Of a stretch of DNA of 64,000 bases, positions 38,951 to 50,959 are shown one piece after another. The stretch is from the NCBI RefSeq assembly GCF_004010195.1, contig NC_057758.1, positions 7,345,600 to 7,409,599 on the forward strand. Reading direction: 5' to 3'. The first letter of the stretch is position 1; every line of letters begins with the position of its first letter. The translations under genes were made by a program, and so were the position numbers. The notes under the pieces were generated by a model. That model did not search any database, was not told the DNA's origin, and saw nothing but the letters and a program-made list of their open reading frames with translations. The stretch is from Chiloscyllium plagiosum (lineage: Eukaryota).

Positions 38951-40195
38951 CCCCACGCAGCCACCCTCCCGCCCCGCACCCATGCAAGTCCTTAATGGAG
39001 TGGGAGGGAGAGATAAAGTGTTCAGCTACAAATCTTTTAGCCATGTCCTGAAGCAGAGTCGCTACCACAGCCGCATCATCTTCCTCAGTGCCTGCCTACT
39101 GATTCCGTATGGACTCCTGATACCGCACAGTGTCTGAACACTTCAACTCCCCCTTCACTCCACCAAGGACAAGTACGTCCTGGGTCTCCTCCATCGCAAA
39201 ACCCTAACCACCCGACTCTTGGAGGAAGAATGCCACATCTTCCGCCTTGAATCCTACAACCACACAGAATTAATGTGGATTTCACCAGCTTCCCCTTCCA
39301 TCAGGTTATCTCAGTCCAAGCATCCAACTCGGCACTGCCCTCTTGACCTGTCCATTTTCTTTTCCATGTATCCACTGCATCCTCCTCTCCAATCGATCAT
39401 TTTCTGCTTCACCTTCATCTACCTCTCACATTGTTACCAACCTTCCTCCAGCCCCAATACCGTCCCATTTATCTCTTAGCCCCGCGACCCACGAACCTCG
39501 TTCTTGATTGCAGTTTAAGTTATCAGTCCAGTCTTGTTCTCTGCTTGGTTCCTTCCTGCCCTGAAATTTTGACTTGCTTCATTTCCCAACCAGACAAGTC
39601 TTAGACTGATCTCTTTCCTCACTATCGCCCTGGGTTCCCCCACGCAGCCACCCTCCCGCCCCGCACCCATGCAAGTCCTTAATGGAGTGGGAGGGAGAGA
39701 TAAAGTGTTCAGCTACAAATCTTTTAGCCATGTCCTGAAGCAGAGTCGCTACCACAGCCGCATCATCTTCCTCAGTGCCTGCCTACTGATTCCGTATGGA
39801 CTCCTGATACCGCACAGTGTCTGAACACTTCAACTCCCCCTCTCACTCCACCAAGGACAAGTACGTCCTGGGTCTCCTCCATCGCAAAACCCTAACCACC
39901 CGACTCTTGGAGGAAGAATGCCACATCTTCCGCCTTGGATCCTACAACCACACAGAATTAATGTGGATTTCACCAGTTTCCCCTTCCACCAGGTTATCTC
40001 AGTCCAACCATCCAACTCGGCACTGCCCTCTTGACCTGTCCATTTTCTTTCCCATGTATCCACTGCATCCTCCTCTCCAACCGATCATTTTCTGCCTCAC
40101 CTTCATCTACCTCTCACATTGTTACCAACCTTCCTCCAGCCCCAATACCCTCCCATTTATCTCTTAGCCCCGCGACCCACGAACCTCGTTCTTGA
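38820..40195. repeat. Near-identical tandem duplication (~687-bp unit) spanning a CR1/Penelope junction
   Basis: attgcagtttaagttatcag occurs at 38820 and 39507, and both copies end gaacctcgttcttga. Confidence 0.92.
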
Positions 40196-40794
40196 TGAAG
40201 GACTTATGACCGACACATCAATGCTGCATGATCTGCTGTTTTTTGTTTTCAGCACCACACTCTCGAGTCTGACCTCCAACATTTGCTATTCTCACTTTCT
40301 CCTGGTGGATGTTATATTCGCATGATGTTACCAAATATGTACTGTATCACAAAACAAGGCATATCACAACATGATATTAATTTAATGCCTCATCACATTG
40401 TCAGCTATTGCCTGGAAATCACCCTTTTTTGATTGTAAACATTATGAAATGACATCATTTAGTTAACCAGACAAATGGATGCGCCAAACTGAGTCAGTCA
40501 ATGATGACAAACACACACAGACATTGCGAGAAACGTTCAGTGAGTCTGGCAGCATCAGTGGAGAGATATCCAAATGTATTTTTCGGGTCGGGGGGCCCTT
40601 CCTTTGAACAGTTACCAATGTTACTGTTTTTTTATACACAGCGGGAGACTTGGGATTCACTTTCTAGAAACTGTTCCCATCCCTGGATTCATTTCCCGAA
40701 CGTGCAATTCTTGCAAGTCAGCAATTTAATCCCGAATGAGAAAAGAACAGAAAAATCAATAAAATGCTCCCAGATGATTTCTCACAGGAGGATG

Positions 40795-40957
40795 GGCGAC
40801 TTATCATGGCCAATTTACCTGACCTGCACATCTTTGAAGAAGGAAACCCACACAGATAAGGGGAGAACGTGCAGACTCCACACAGACAGTCGCCCGAGGC
40901 TGGATTTGAACCCAGTTCCCTTGTGGTGTGAGGCAGCAGTGCTAACCACTGAGCCAA
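40795..40957 (-). mobile_element. HE1/V-SINE-like SINE fragment
   Basis: ctgcacatcttt...ccacacagacagtcgcccgaggctgg...gcagcagtgctaaccactgagcc. Confidence 0.8.
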
Positions 40958-42189
40958 GCCAGGTGTGGAAGCAAAGGCTTATTTTTGATGAGACATTAAT
41001 GTGAGTTTAATCCGGGAATTAGTTTTGCGGAACATATTTTAATCAAATGGAGAAGTGCATTTTCGTTCTTTATGTCTGTTACACTGGTTCCTGTATCTTT
41101 CTATCCCTGGGTCTGTCGCTCAAACAGATCATTGCTTCACAACTCAGTATTATTCAACTGCTGGATCTCAGCTTCCTCGTGTATGGGAAAAACCAGGAGT
41201 AATCTTTGTGCAATTAGAAATCTTTATCACTCTATCCCTCCCCATTGCGCTCTCTGATGCTATTGCTAGAGGAATCTCACCTCAACCCTACAGTCGGAAC
41301 TTGAGATTGAGGAGCAGGCGTCTGCAATTCAAGCCTTTTCCACCCTTTAATCTGACCGCGGTTGATCACACCTCGGCCCTAACTCCACATGTCAATCAGT
41401 TAGTAGTTAAAACTTTGCCTGTGTCCTCATTTCAGTTTAATCAATGCACTGACATCTAACACACTGTGATGAATGAATTCCATCGTTAAAAAACCAGTTG
41501 AGGGAATAATCCCTCCTCATCATTCTTTTAAATCTGATGCCTCTTAGCCTCAATCTGTTCTATTCTCTCATGGTCCATGGGCGTAGCAGTCTGGGATAGA
41601 ATAAATTCCCTATTCCTACTGGCTCCTGAAAATGTGGGGTGAGCTGCCTTCTTGAACCGCTGCAGGCCACGTGCTGTGGGTTAACCCACAATGCCCTTGG
41701 GGTAGGAATGCCAGTAGTTTAACCCATTGACGCTGAAGGAATCGCTGATATATTTCCAGGGTGGTGCCCAGCTTGAGAGTAACTTGCAGGGCTGGGGCTC
41801 CCATGTCTCTACTGGTATTATCCTTCCTTATGGAAGAGGTCGTGAATTTGGAAGGTACTGTCTGAGGATCGTTGCTGACGTTTTGCAGTACGTTTTGCAG
41901 ATCGTCCCCACTGCTGCTTCTGAATGTCCATGGTGGAAGGAGTGGACGTGACACCAATTAAGCAGGCCTGGTTGGTGTCAAGTTTTAGTGTTGTTGGAGC
42001 CGCAGCCATTCAGGCAAGTGGGACATCACACTCCCTGACAGGCAACAGCAAGACAAAAATGATGTTATCTGTGTTTTCTCTCACTCCCTCTGAGTCTTTT
42101 TGTTGCCCTTTCTGTCTCTCAATTGCCAAGTCTCTTGACTCTTTCTTTCTCTCGCTCTCTGTTGTCTTGATCTCTCTCACAGATCCTCT

Positions 42190-42935
42190 CTCTGGATAAA
42201 TGCATTTGTATTTTGGTACAACAGGCAAGGGTAGGTCTTCGACAATTAATAGCGGGGCTTTAGGTAATGTTGTAGAACAGAGGGACCGATGAGTTCACGT
42301 TCATTGTTCTTTAAAAGTTTGTGTCACAGATGGACAGGATGGTTAAAATGGTGTTTGGCACTCTTGTTTTCATTGGCTAGTTTTTTGTGTTTCAGATTTG
42401 GGATATTATGTTGAGATTGTACAGGATATTGGTGAGGCCTCCTCTGGTCTCCCAGTTATCGGAATGATGTTATCAAGGTGAAGGGGGTTCAGAAGATTTA
42501 CCAGGATTGTGCTGAGTCTGGAACGTTTGAGTCATCAGGATAGGCTGGGACTTTTGTCACAGGAGCATAGGAGTTGAGAGTGGTGATCTGACTTAAGTTT
42601 GGAAAAGAACGGGAGGCATAGATCAAGTTGATGATGGTTCTCTTTTCCCTAAGGTGGGAATTTCAAGAATAGGGGGCACATTTTTGAGGAGAGAAATTAA
42701 AAGCAGACTTCAGATATAATTTTCTTACTTCGAGGGTGGTTCGTGTGTGGAATGAATTTTTTAATGAAGTAGTTGATGTGGGTGCAATTGCAACATTTAA
42801 GTGACATTTGGATGGATATATGAACAAGAAAGGTTTGGAGGAATATGGAACAGCGGCAGGCAGGTGGGACTAGTTTAGTTTGGGATTATGTTTGGCATCG
42901 ACTGGTTGGACTGATCGGTCTGTTTCAGTCCTCTA
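42190..42935 (+). mobile_element. CR1 3' fragment, decayed
   Basis: ggttcagaagatttaccagg, gtggttcgtgtgtggaatg and gcaacatttaag..catttgga, shared with other CR1 tails in the window. Confidence 0.75.
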
Positions 42936-43709
42936 TGTCTATCTGTCCATCTCTCTCTCTGTCTGTCATTCTCTCTCATGTCTCTCTCTCTCTCTCCCTC
43001 TGAGAACAACAGTGTTGTTCTGACATGGATCAGAACTGTCCAGATTCCCACGCTGCCATTTCCTGGCCCGAGGTGACCTGAGCTGGAGTCCAAGTGCACA
43101 GGCTGTGTCTGTCCATGCCCATTCTTCTTTGGCTAAAATGTGCCAGACTAATGCAGGGGGTACAGAGTGGAATGAGGTGTAAACTGACTGTCACATCACA
43201 CAGCTAATCACACATGGCGCATCAGGAGTTGTGAACACACAGGTTTGCGATCTCTCTCAGTCTATCCACGATCTGTTTCACTCACTGAGTGTCTCCCTTT
43301 CTTGTGGTCACTATTTGTAACCCTACATCTCTCTGTCTGTCTTGATTTCTACCACAGTCCATCTTCCCTTGTCTCACTGATCTGCTCTCTTTCTCTCACA
43401 ATAGCTATCTTTCTCTCTCACCGCCTCTCCCTTTCCGTCTTATAGTTTGACATTGCCATCTCACTGCCCTCTTAATAATGATTCTCAATCCTTTCTTTGT
43501 CTCACATGTTCTGTCCATCCTTCTCTCTATCTCTAATTCACGGTCTCTACCTCTCGAGCAACAACAACGTCATACTTTGCATACCATTACCTCTCCTCAA
43601 ACACAATTTTTCATTCTTCATTTCCCAAACACTCACTGAGTAAAGTGATCTGCCTACTGCAATGCCAGCTTCTCCATCTGTCTCTCTTTCTACTTCACCA
43701 TTCATCCCT

Positions 43710-44220
43710 GCACTCTGACACTCGGTCCTAGAGAGTGCAAGGACAACATACCTAATGCACCGTGACACCCAGTCGCAGAGCGGGGAAAGGATAGTGTATC
43801 TAACACCATGACACCCAGCTGCAGAGCGGGAAAAGGATAGTGTGTCTAAAGTCGTAACATCAGTCCCAAAGCGGGGAACTAAAATGTAACTAATGCACTC
43901 TGACTCCCATTCCCAAAGGGTGGAAAGGACAATGCATCTAACACACTGTGACACCCAGTTGCAGAGCGGGGAAGGATATTGTGTCTAATGCACCATGATG
44001 CCAGTCTCAAAGGGGGGAAAGGACAGTGCATGTGATGCATTGTAACCCCCGATTCCAGAGGAGAGGAAGGACTCTCTACCTATTGTGCTGTAACCTCCGG
44101 TCCCAGAGTGGGGAAAAGACAAGCATGCAATGCACTCTGACTCCCGATTAAGGAGGAGGGAAACAAAAGTGCATCGAATGCAGATGACCTCTGGCTCCAG
44201 GGGAGTGAAAGGACGGTGTA
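43710..44220. repeat. ~60-bp minisatellite (gagcggggaaaggacagtgcatctaatgcaccgtgacaccc)
   Basis: About 8-9 degenerate tandem units. Confidence 0.85.
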
Positions 44221-44369
44221 ATTCACTGTGAATATTGCTTCTTTTGTGGCAAATGTATAATATGGGACTCAGTGAATGAGACCCTGGAACGAGTTTACGA
44301 TCTGTCAAACTGGTTAGCTCATGGTCCACCTCACCTCTGGACCTGATTGTTCGTATTTCTCAACCAACA

Positions 44370-46590
44370 CTACAATGCAAGAACAGGCCGTTAGGCCCTC
44401 CAAGCCTGCGCAACCATACCAATGCAATCTTCCCTTACAGGGTCCGTATACCTCCCCTCTCTTCCTATCGATGTGCTTCTTGAATGATTCCATTGTGTCA
44501 GCTTCCACCACCTCCTCTGGCTACAGCCTCCAGGCACTCAACATCCTTTATGTGAAAACAGGCCTCACGCAATTCTTTTAAACGTCCCCCACCTCATACC
44601 TTGAAACTGCGTGGCCTAATAATTGATCACCTCCACCCCGGGAGAAAAGCTCATTTTCCACTCTATCCATGCCATTCCCAATCTTGTAAACTTCTATTAG
44701 ATTGTCCCTCAATCTCCTGCGATCCAGTGAAAACAAACCTCGTCTCGCCAAACTTGCTCTATCGCTAAAATCTGCCACAGCACACAGCATCCTGGTAAAC
44801 GTTTTCGGTATCCTATCCAAAGGATCCACATCCTTCGGATAGTGTGGAAGCAGAGCTGTATGCAATATTTCAAGTGTGGCCTAATTTAAGCTGCAGCATA
44901 ACTTTGTCGAAGAGTGTGGTGCTGCAAAAACCCCAGACAGTCAGGCTGCGTCCGAGGTGCAGGAGAATCGATGTTTCGGGCATGGGTCCTTCATCAGGCT
45001 AGTGGACCAAAGGGGCAGAGAGATAAATGGGAGTTCTATGTGTCTGGGTGGGTGGGGGAGGTAGCTCAGAGTGCGATAGGCAAAGTGGGAGTGAAAACGA
45101 AAGGTCGGAGGGGGATTGGGGTCGATTGGTGGGAAGGAAGATGGCCAGGTGGGACAGGTCAAGAAAGCGGTGAAGAGTTGGAGGGATGGATCGGGGATAA
45201 GGTGGGGGAGGGAAAATAAGGGAACTGGTGAAATCCACATTGATCCCGTGTGGTTGTGGGGTCTCAATGTGGAAGATGAGGCATTCTTCCTCCAGGTGTC
45301 TCGTGGTTAGGGTTTGGCGATGGAGGAGGCCTAGGGCTTACATGTCTTTGGCGGAGTGAGTGTAAAAGTTAAAGTGTTCGACCACGAAGTGGTGGGGTTG
45401 GTTGATGCGGGTGTCCCAGAGATGTTCTCTGAAATCTTTCGCAAGTTGGTGTCCTGTCTTCTCAATGTAGAGGAGACCACATCAGGAGCAATGAACATGA
45501 ACATGTGTGGAAGTACAGGTAAATCTCTGTCAGATGTGAAAGGATCCTTCTGGACCTTCGACGGAGGTAAGCAAGGAGGTGTGTGTGCAGTATGTGCAAT
45601 TCTTGCCTTGGCTGGGGAATGTGCCTGGGCTGCAGGGTGGGATGGTGGGGTGGGGGTGCTTGGACTTAACAAGTGGGTCGCGGAGGGAATAGTCTTTACA
45701 GAAGGCAAAAGGAGTGGGCAAAATATCCCTGGTGGTAGGGTCTGTGTGAAGGTGGTAGAAATGGTGGAGATGTATCTGGAGGTTGGTGAGCTGGAAGGTG
45801 AGGGCTGGCGGGGTTCTGTTGTTGCAGGTGGAAGGGTAGTGTTCAAGGGCGGAGATGTGGGAAGTGGATGAAATGCACTAGAGGGCATTGTCGGCCACGT
45901 AGAAGGGGAAATTGTGGTCTTCCTCCCAACAGCATAACTTGGCTATCCTTATCCTCAATGTGCCGACAGTGATGGCAAGCATACCCTAAGCATTTTTCCC
46001 AACTACCTTATTTACCTGCGCTGACATATTCAGTGATCTGTGGACTCACACACCCAGACCCCTCCGCAAATCCATACTCCGAAGGATTCAGATATCCACT
46101 CTATAATTTCCACCTGCAGTTGACCTTCCAAAATGCATCACGACACATTTCACAGGATTAAACACCATCTTCCATTTTTTCTGACCGTGCCTCCAACTGT
46201 TCGGTATCCTCCAGTATCCTCTGACAATCCTCCTCACGATCTGCAGCTTCACCAATCTTTGTATCGTTTGCAAACTTACTAATTAGACCAGCTACATTTC
46301 CCTCCAAATCATTCACGTAGATCAAGAACAGCAGAGGTCTAATCGCCAAACCCTGTGGAATACCACCAGTGAAAACTATCCATTGTGGAAAGCATTTTTC
46401 CATCGCTACCCTGTTTCCTCCAACCAAGGCAGTGCTGGATCTATCTTGCCAGCACTCTCCGATTCCATGTGATGCCAACTTTTGTACCAGTCTGCCATAA
46501 GGGACCTTATCAAAGGCTTTACCGAACTCCATTTGAACAACGTCAATTACCTTTCCCTCATCAAACATCTTCACCACCTACTCAAAAGGA
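44370..46590 (-). mobile_element. CR1 RT/3' end, split by a Penelope insertion
   Basis: GKAFDKVPYGRL, GIPQGLAIRPLLF, ISKFANDTKIG, FSLDRRRLRDNL. Confidence 0.85.
44905..45929 (-). mobile_element. Older Penelope-like element (GIY-YIG end)
   Basis: KDYSLRDPLV...GTFP...CTYCTHT. Flanked by TSD cagcataactt (44894-44904 and 45930-45940). Confidence 0.85.
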
Positions 46591-46619
46591 GGTGGCTGTG
46601 GAAGGCCATTGTCAAGTGG

Positions 46620-46950
46620 TATAATTGATGAACTGTTCATCCACAAACACAGGCAATATACTGGGGAGCCCGTTCCAGTCCTGCCGTGACGGATGGTAGA
46701 ATTTGCATTTGATAAATATCTGGAATTAAGGACTGAATAATGACCATGAATCCAGTGCTGTAAAACCCATCTGGTTCACAAATATCTTTCAGAGAATGAA
46801 ATTGCCATCCATGCCCAGTCTGGCCTATATGTGACTCCAGACCCACAGCAATGTGATTGACACTCAACTGCCCTCTGTGCAATTAGGGATGGGAAATAGT
46901 TGCTGGTCTCGCCCGTGTCACCGTCATCCAAGGAATGAATAAATAAAAAC
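46620..46950 (+). mobile_element. SINE-like element with an A-rich tail (family uncertain)
   Basis: aaacccatctggttcac...tgtgactccagacccacagcaatgtg...gaatgaataaataaaaa, recalled as a chondrichthyan SINE body. Confidence 0.55.
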
Positions 46951-46969
46951 TTGATTCATGTTAGCGAGG

Positions 46970-48830
46970 AGAAAGTGAGGACTGCACATGCTGGAGATCA
47001 GAGCTGAAAAATGTGTTGCTGAAAAAGCGCAGCAGGTCAGGCAGCATCAAAGGAGCAGGAGAATCGACGTTTCGGGCATAAGCCCTTCTTCAGGAATGAG
47101 GACGGTGTGCCAAGCAGGCTAAGATAAAAGGTAGGGAGGAGGGACTTGAGGGAGGGGCGTTGGGAATGCGATGGGTGGAAGGACGTTAAGGTGAGGATGA
47201 TAGGCCAGAGAGTGGGTGGGGGCGGAGAGGTCGGGAAGAACATTGCAGGACAAGACGGCGGTGCTGAGTCCGATGGTTTGGACTGAGAAAAGGTGGTGGG
47301 AGAGGAAATGAGGAAGGTGGAGAAATCTGCATTCATCCCTTGTGGTTGGAGGGTTCCTCGGCGGAAGATGACGTGCTCTTCCACCAGGCGTCGTGATGCC
47401 ATGGTTTGCGATGAAGGAGGCCAAGGACCTGCATGTTCTTGCCGGAGTCCGAGGGGAAGTCAAAGAGTTCAGCCACGGGGCCGGTTGGGTTGGTTGGTGC
47501 GGGTGTCCCAGAGGTCTTCTCTGAAACGTTCCACAAGTAGGCGGCCTGTCTCCTCAAAGTAAAGGAGGCCACATCGGGTGCAGTGGATGCAGTAAATGAT
47601 GTGTGTGGAGGTGCATGTTAATTTGTGACAGATATGTAATGATTCCTTGGGGGCTTGGAGGGAAGTGAGGAGGGAGGTGTGGGCACAAGGTTTGCATTTC
47701 TTGCGGTTGCAGGGGAAGGTGCTGGGAGTGGACGTTGGGATGGCGGGGTGTGTGCACCTGACGAGAGAGTCGCGAAGTGAGTGGTCTTTCCGGAACGCTG
47801 ATAGGGGAGGGGATGGAAATATAGCCCTGGTTGTGGGGTCTGTTTGGAGGTGCCGGAAATGACGAAGGATGATACGATGTATCTGGAGATTGGTGATATG
47901 GTCGGTGAGGACCAGTGGGGTTCTGTCCTGGTGGCGGTTGGAGGGGCTTGGATCAAGGGCAGAGGAGCGGAAAGTGGAGGAGATGCGGTGGAGAGCATCG
48001 TCAACCACCTCTGAGGGGAAATGGCGGTCTTTGAAAAAGGAGGCCATCTGAGTTGTTCAGTGTTGGAATTGGTCCTCCTGGGAGCAAATGCGGCGGAGGC
48101 GAAGGAATTCTGAATATGGAATTGCGTTTTTAAAGAGGGCATGGTGGGAGGAGGTGTAATCTACGTAGCTGTGTGAGTCGGTCAGTTTATAGTAAACGTC
48201 CGTGATGAGTCGGTCGTCCGAGATAGAAATGGAGAGGTCGCGGAAGGGGAGGGCGGAGTCTGAGACGGTCCAGGTAAATTTGAGGTCGGTGTGGAAGGTG
48301 TTAGGAAAGTGGATTAACTGTTCAACCTCCTCGTGGGAGCACGAGGTCGCGCCGATACAGTCATCGATATAGAGGAGGAAAAGGTGGGGGGTGGTGCCAG
48401 TGTAGCTGCGGAAGATGGAACGTTCCACATATCCGACGAAGAGGCAGGCATAGCTGGGGCCCATGCGGGTGCCCATGGCTACTCCTTTGGTTTGGAGGAA
48501 ATGGGAGGATTGGAAAGAGAAGTTGTTCAGTGTGAGGACCAGTTCAGTCAGTCGAAGGAGGGTGTCACTAGAACGGTACTGGTTAGTTCGACGGGAAATG
48601 AAAAAGCGGAGTGCTTTGAGGCCTTCGTGATGGGGGATGGAGGTCTATAGGGCTTGGATGTCCATGGTGAAGATAAGGAGTGGGTGAAAGTGGTGGACAG
48701 ATTGAGGCAGTCAACGTCGCGGTGGCAGTGGGCTATGGAGAGATCGAGGGCGGGTATGAGGCCAGCACTTGGTGTCCAGGTGGATGGGATGTGTTTCAGG
48801 CGGGAGAAGGGGTCGTCAGATGGTCGGCAG
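46970..48830 (-). mobile_element. Penelope-like element, left arm of the inverted pair
   Basis: MGTRMGPSYACLF, YIDD, IYCIHCTRCGLLYFEET and the pLTR terminus, all on -. Confidence 0.92.
47061..47098 (-). ncRNA. Minimal hammerhead-ribozyme-like motif in a Penelope pLTR
   Basis: Minus strand reads cattcCTGAAGAagggcttatgcccGAAACGTCgattc: CUGAnGA core, stem II gggc/gccc, GAAA, palindromic ACGU and a GUC triplet. Stem I pairing is weak. Confidence 0.6.
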
Positions 48831-48879
48831 GCGTCATGGTTGAAACTGCCGCCGCGACGTTGTCCGCCTCAACCTGTCC

Positions 48880-50916
48880 ACCCCTCTCACCCACTCCAAC
48901 CTCTCACCTTCGCAATGTGCAGCCCTCCACCCCCTCCACTCCAACCCAACCTCACTATCAAACCGACAGACAAGGGAGGCACGGTGGCAGTTTGGCACAC
49001 CAATCTTTACATTGCTGAGGCTAAATGCCAGCTCGCGGACACCTCCTCTTCCTGTCCCCAAGACCAAGACCCCACCTCCCACCAACAAACCATCATCTCC
49101 CAGACCATCCATAACCTCATTGGCTCAGGCGATATCTCATCCACCGCCTCCAACCTCATAGTGCCACAACCCCGCACCGCCCGTTTCTACCTCCTGCCCA
49201 AAATCCACAAACCTGACTGCCCCAGCCGACCCATTGTCACAGCCTGCTCCTGACCCACCGTACACATCTCTGCATAACTCAACACGGTCCTGTTGCCTCT
49301 TAGTCCAAGAACTCCCAACCTACTTTCGGGACACCACACACGCCCTCCACCTCCTCCATGATTTTCGCTTCCCCGGCCCCAACGACTTATCTTCAATTCC
49401 ATCCCCCATCACGAAGGACTCAAAGCCCGCCGCTTTTTTCCTTTCCCGTTGAACTAATCAGTAGCCTTCCACTGACACCCTCCGTCGACTGACTAAACTG
49501 GTCCTCACTCTGAACAACTTCTCTTTCCAATCCTCCCACTTCCTCCAATCCAAAGGAGTAGACATGGGAACACGCATGGACACCAGCTATGCCTGACGCT
49601 TCGTCGTATATGTGGAACAGTCCATCTTCTGCAGCTACACGGACACCATCCCGCGCCTTTTCCTCCGCTACATCGATGACTGCATTGGCGCTACCTCATG
49701 CTCCAACGAGGAGGTTGAACAGTTCATCCACGTTATTTGCAACTTCCATCCCGACCACAAATTTACCTGGACCGTCTCAGACTCCTCCTTCCCCTTCCTA
49801 GACCTTTCCATTTCTATCTCGGACGACCGACTCAACACGGTCATTTACTATAAACCGACCGACTCCCACAGCTACCTAGATTACACCTCCTCCCACCCAG
49901 CCCCCTGTAAAAACGCCATCCCATATTCAGAATTCCTTCGCCTCTGCCGCATCTGCTCCTAGGACGACCAATTCAAATACCGTACAACCCAGATGGCCTC
50001 CTTTCTCAAAGACCGCAATTTCCCCTCAGAGGTGGTTGACGATGCTCTCCACCGCATCTCCTCCACTTCCCGCTGCTCCGCCCATGAACCCCGCCCCTCC
50101 AATTGCCACCAGGACAGAATCCCACTGGTCCTCACCTACCACCCCACCAACCTCTAGATACATCGTATCATCCTTCGTCATGTCCGACACCTCCAAACAG
50201 ACCCTACCACCAAGGATATATTTCCCTCACCTCCCCTGTCAGTATTCTGGAAAGACCATTCCCTCCGTGACTCCCTCATCAGGTCCACACACCCCCAAAC
50301 CAACGTCCACTCCCAGCACCTTCCCCTGCAAACGCAAGAAATGCAAAACGTGCGCCAACACCTCCCCCTCACTTCCCTCCAAGGCCCCAAGGTATCCTTA
50401 CATATCTGTCACAAATTTACATGCACCTCCACACACATCATTTACTGCATCCGCTGCACCCGATGTGGCCTCCTCTACATTGAGACAGGCCGCCTACTTG
50501 CGGAACGTTTCAGAGAAGACCTCTGGGACACCCGCACCAACCAACACAACCGCACCGTGGCAGAACACTTTAACTCCCCGTCCCACTACGCGAAGGACAT
50601 GCACGTCCTTGGCCTCCATCATCGCCAGACCATAGCAACCCGACGCCTGGAGTAAGAGCGCCTCATCTTCTGCCTCGGATCCCTCCAACTGCAAGGGATG
50701 AATGCAGATTTCTCCAGCTTCCTCATTGCCTTAACCTCCTTCCACCTATCGCATTCCCAACACCCCTCCGCCAAGTCCCTCCTCCCACCTTTTATCTTAG
50801 CCTGCTTGGCACACCCTCCTCATTCATGAAGAAGAGCTTATGCCCGAAACGTCGATTCTCATGCTCCTTTGATGCTGCCTGACCTGCTGCGCTTTTCCAG
50901 CAACACATTTTTCAGC
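48880..50916 (+). mobile_element. Penelope-like element, right arm of the inverted pair
   Basis: IKPTDKGG, FYLLPKIHK, RYIDD, IYCIRCTRCGLLYI and the pLTR terminus. Confidence 0.92.
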
Positions 50917-50959
50917 TCATGTCAGCGAGGCACAGATCCATGCGATCATGAACATGTCA

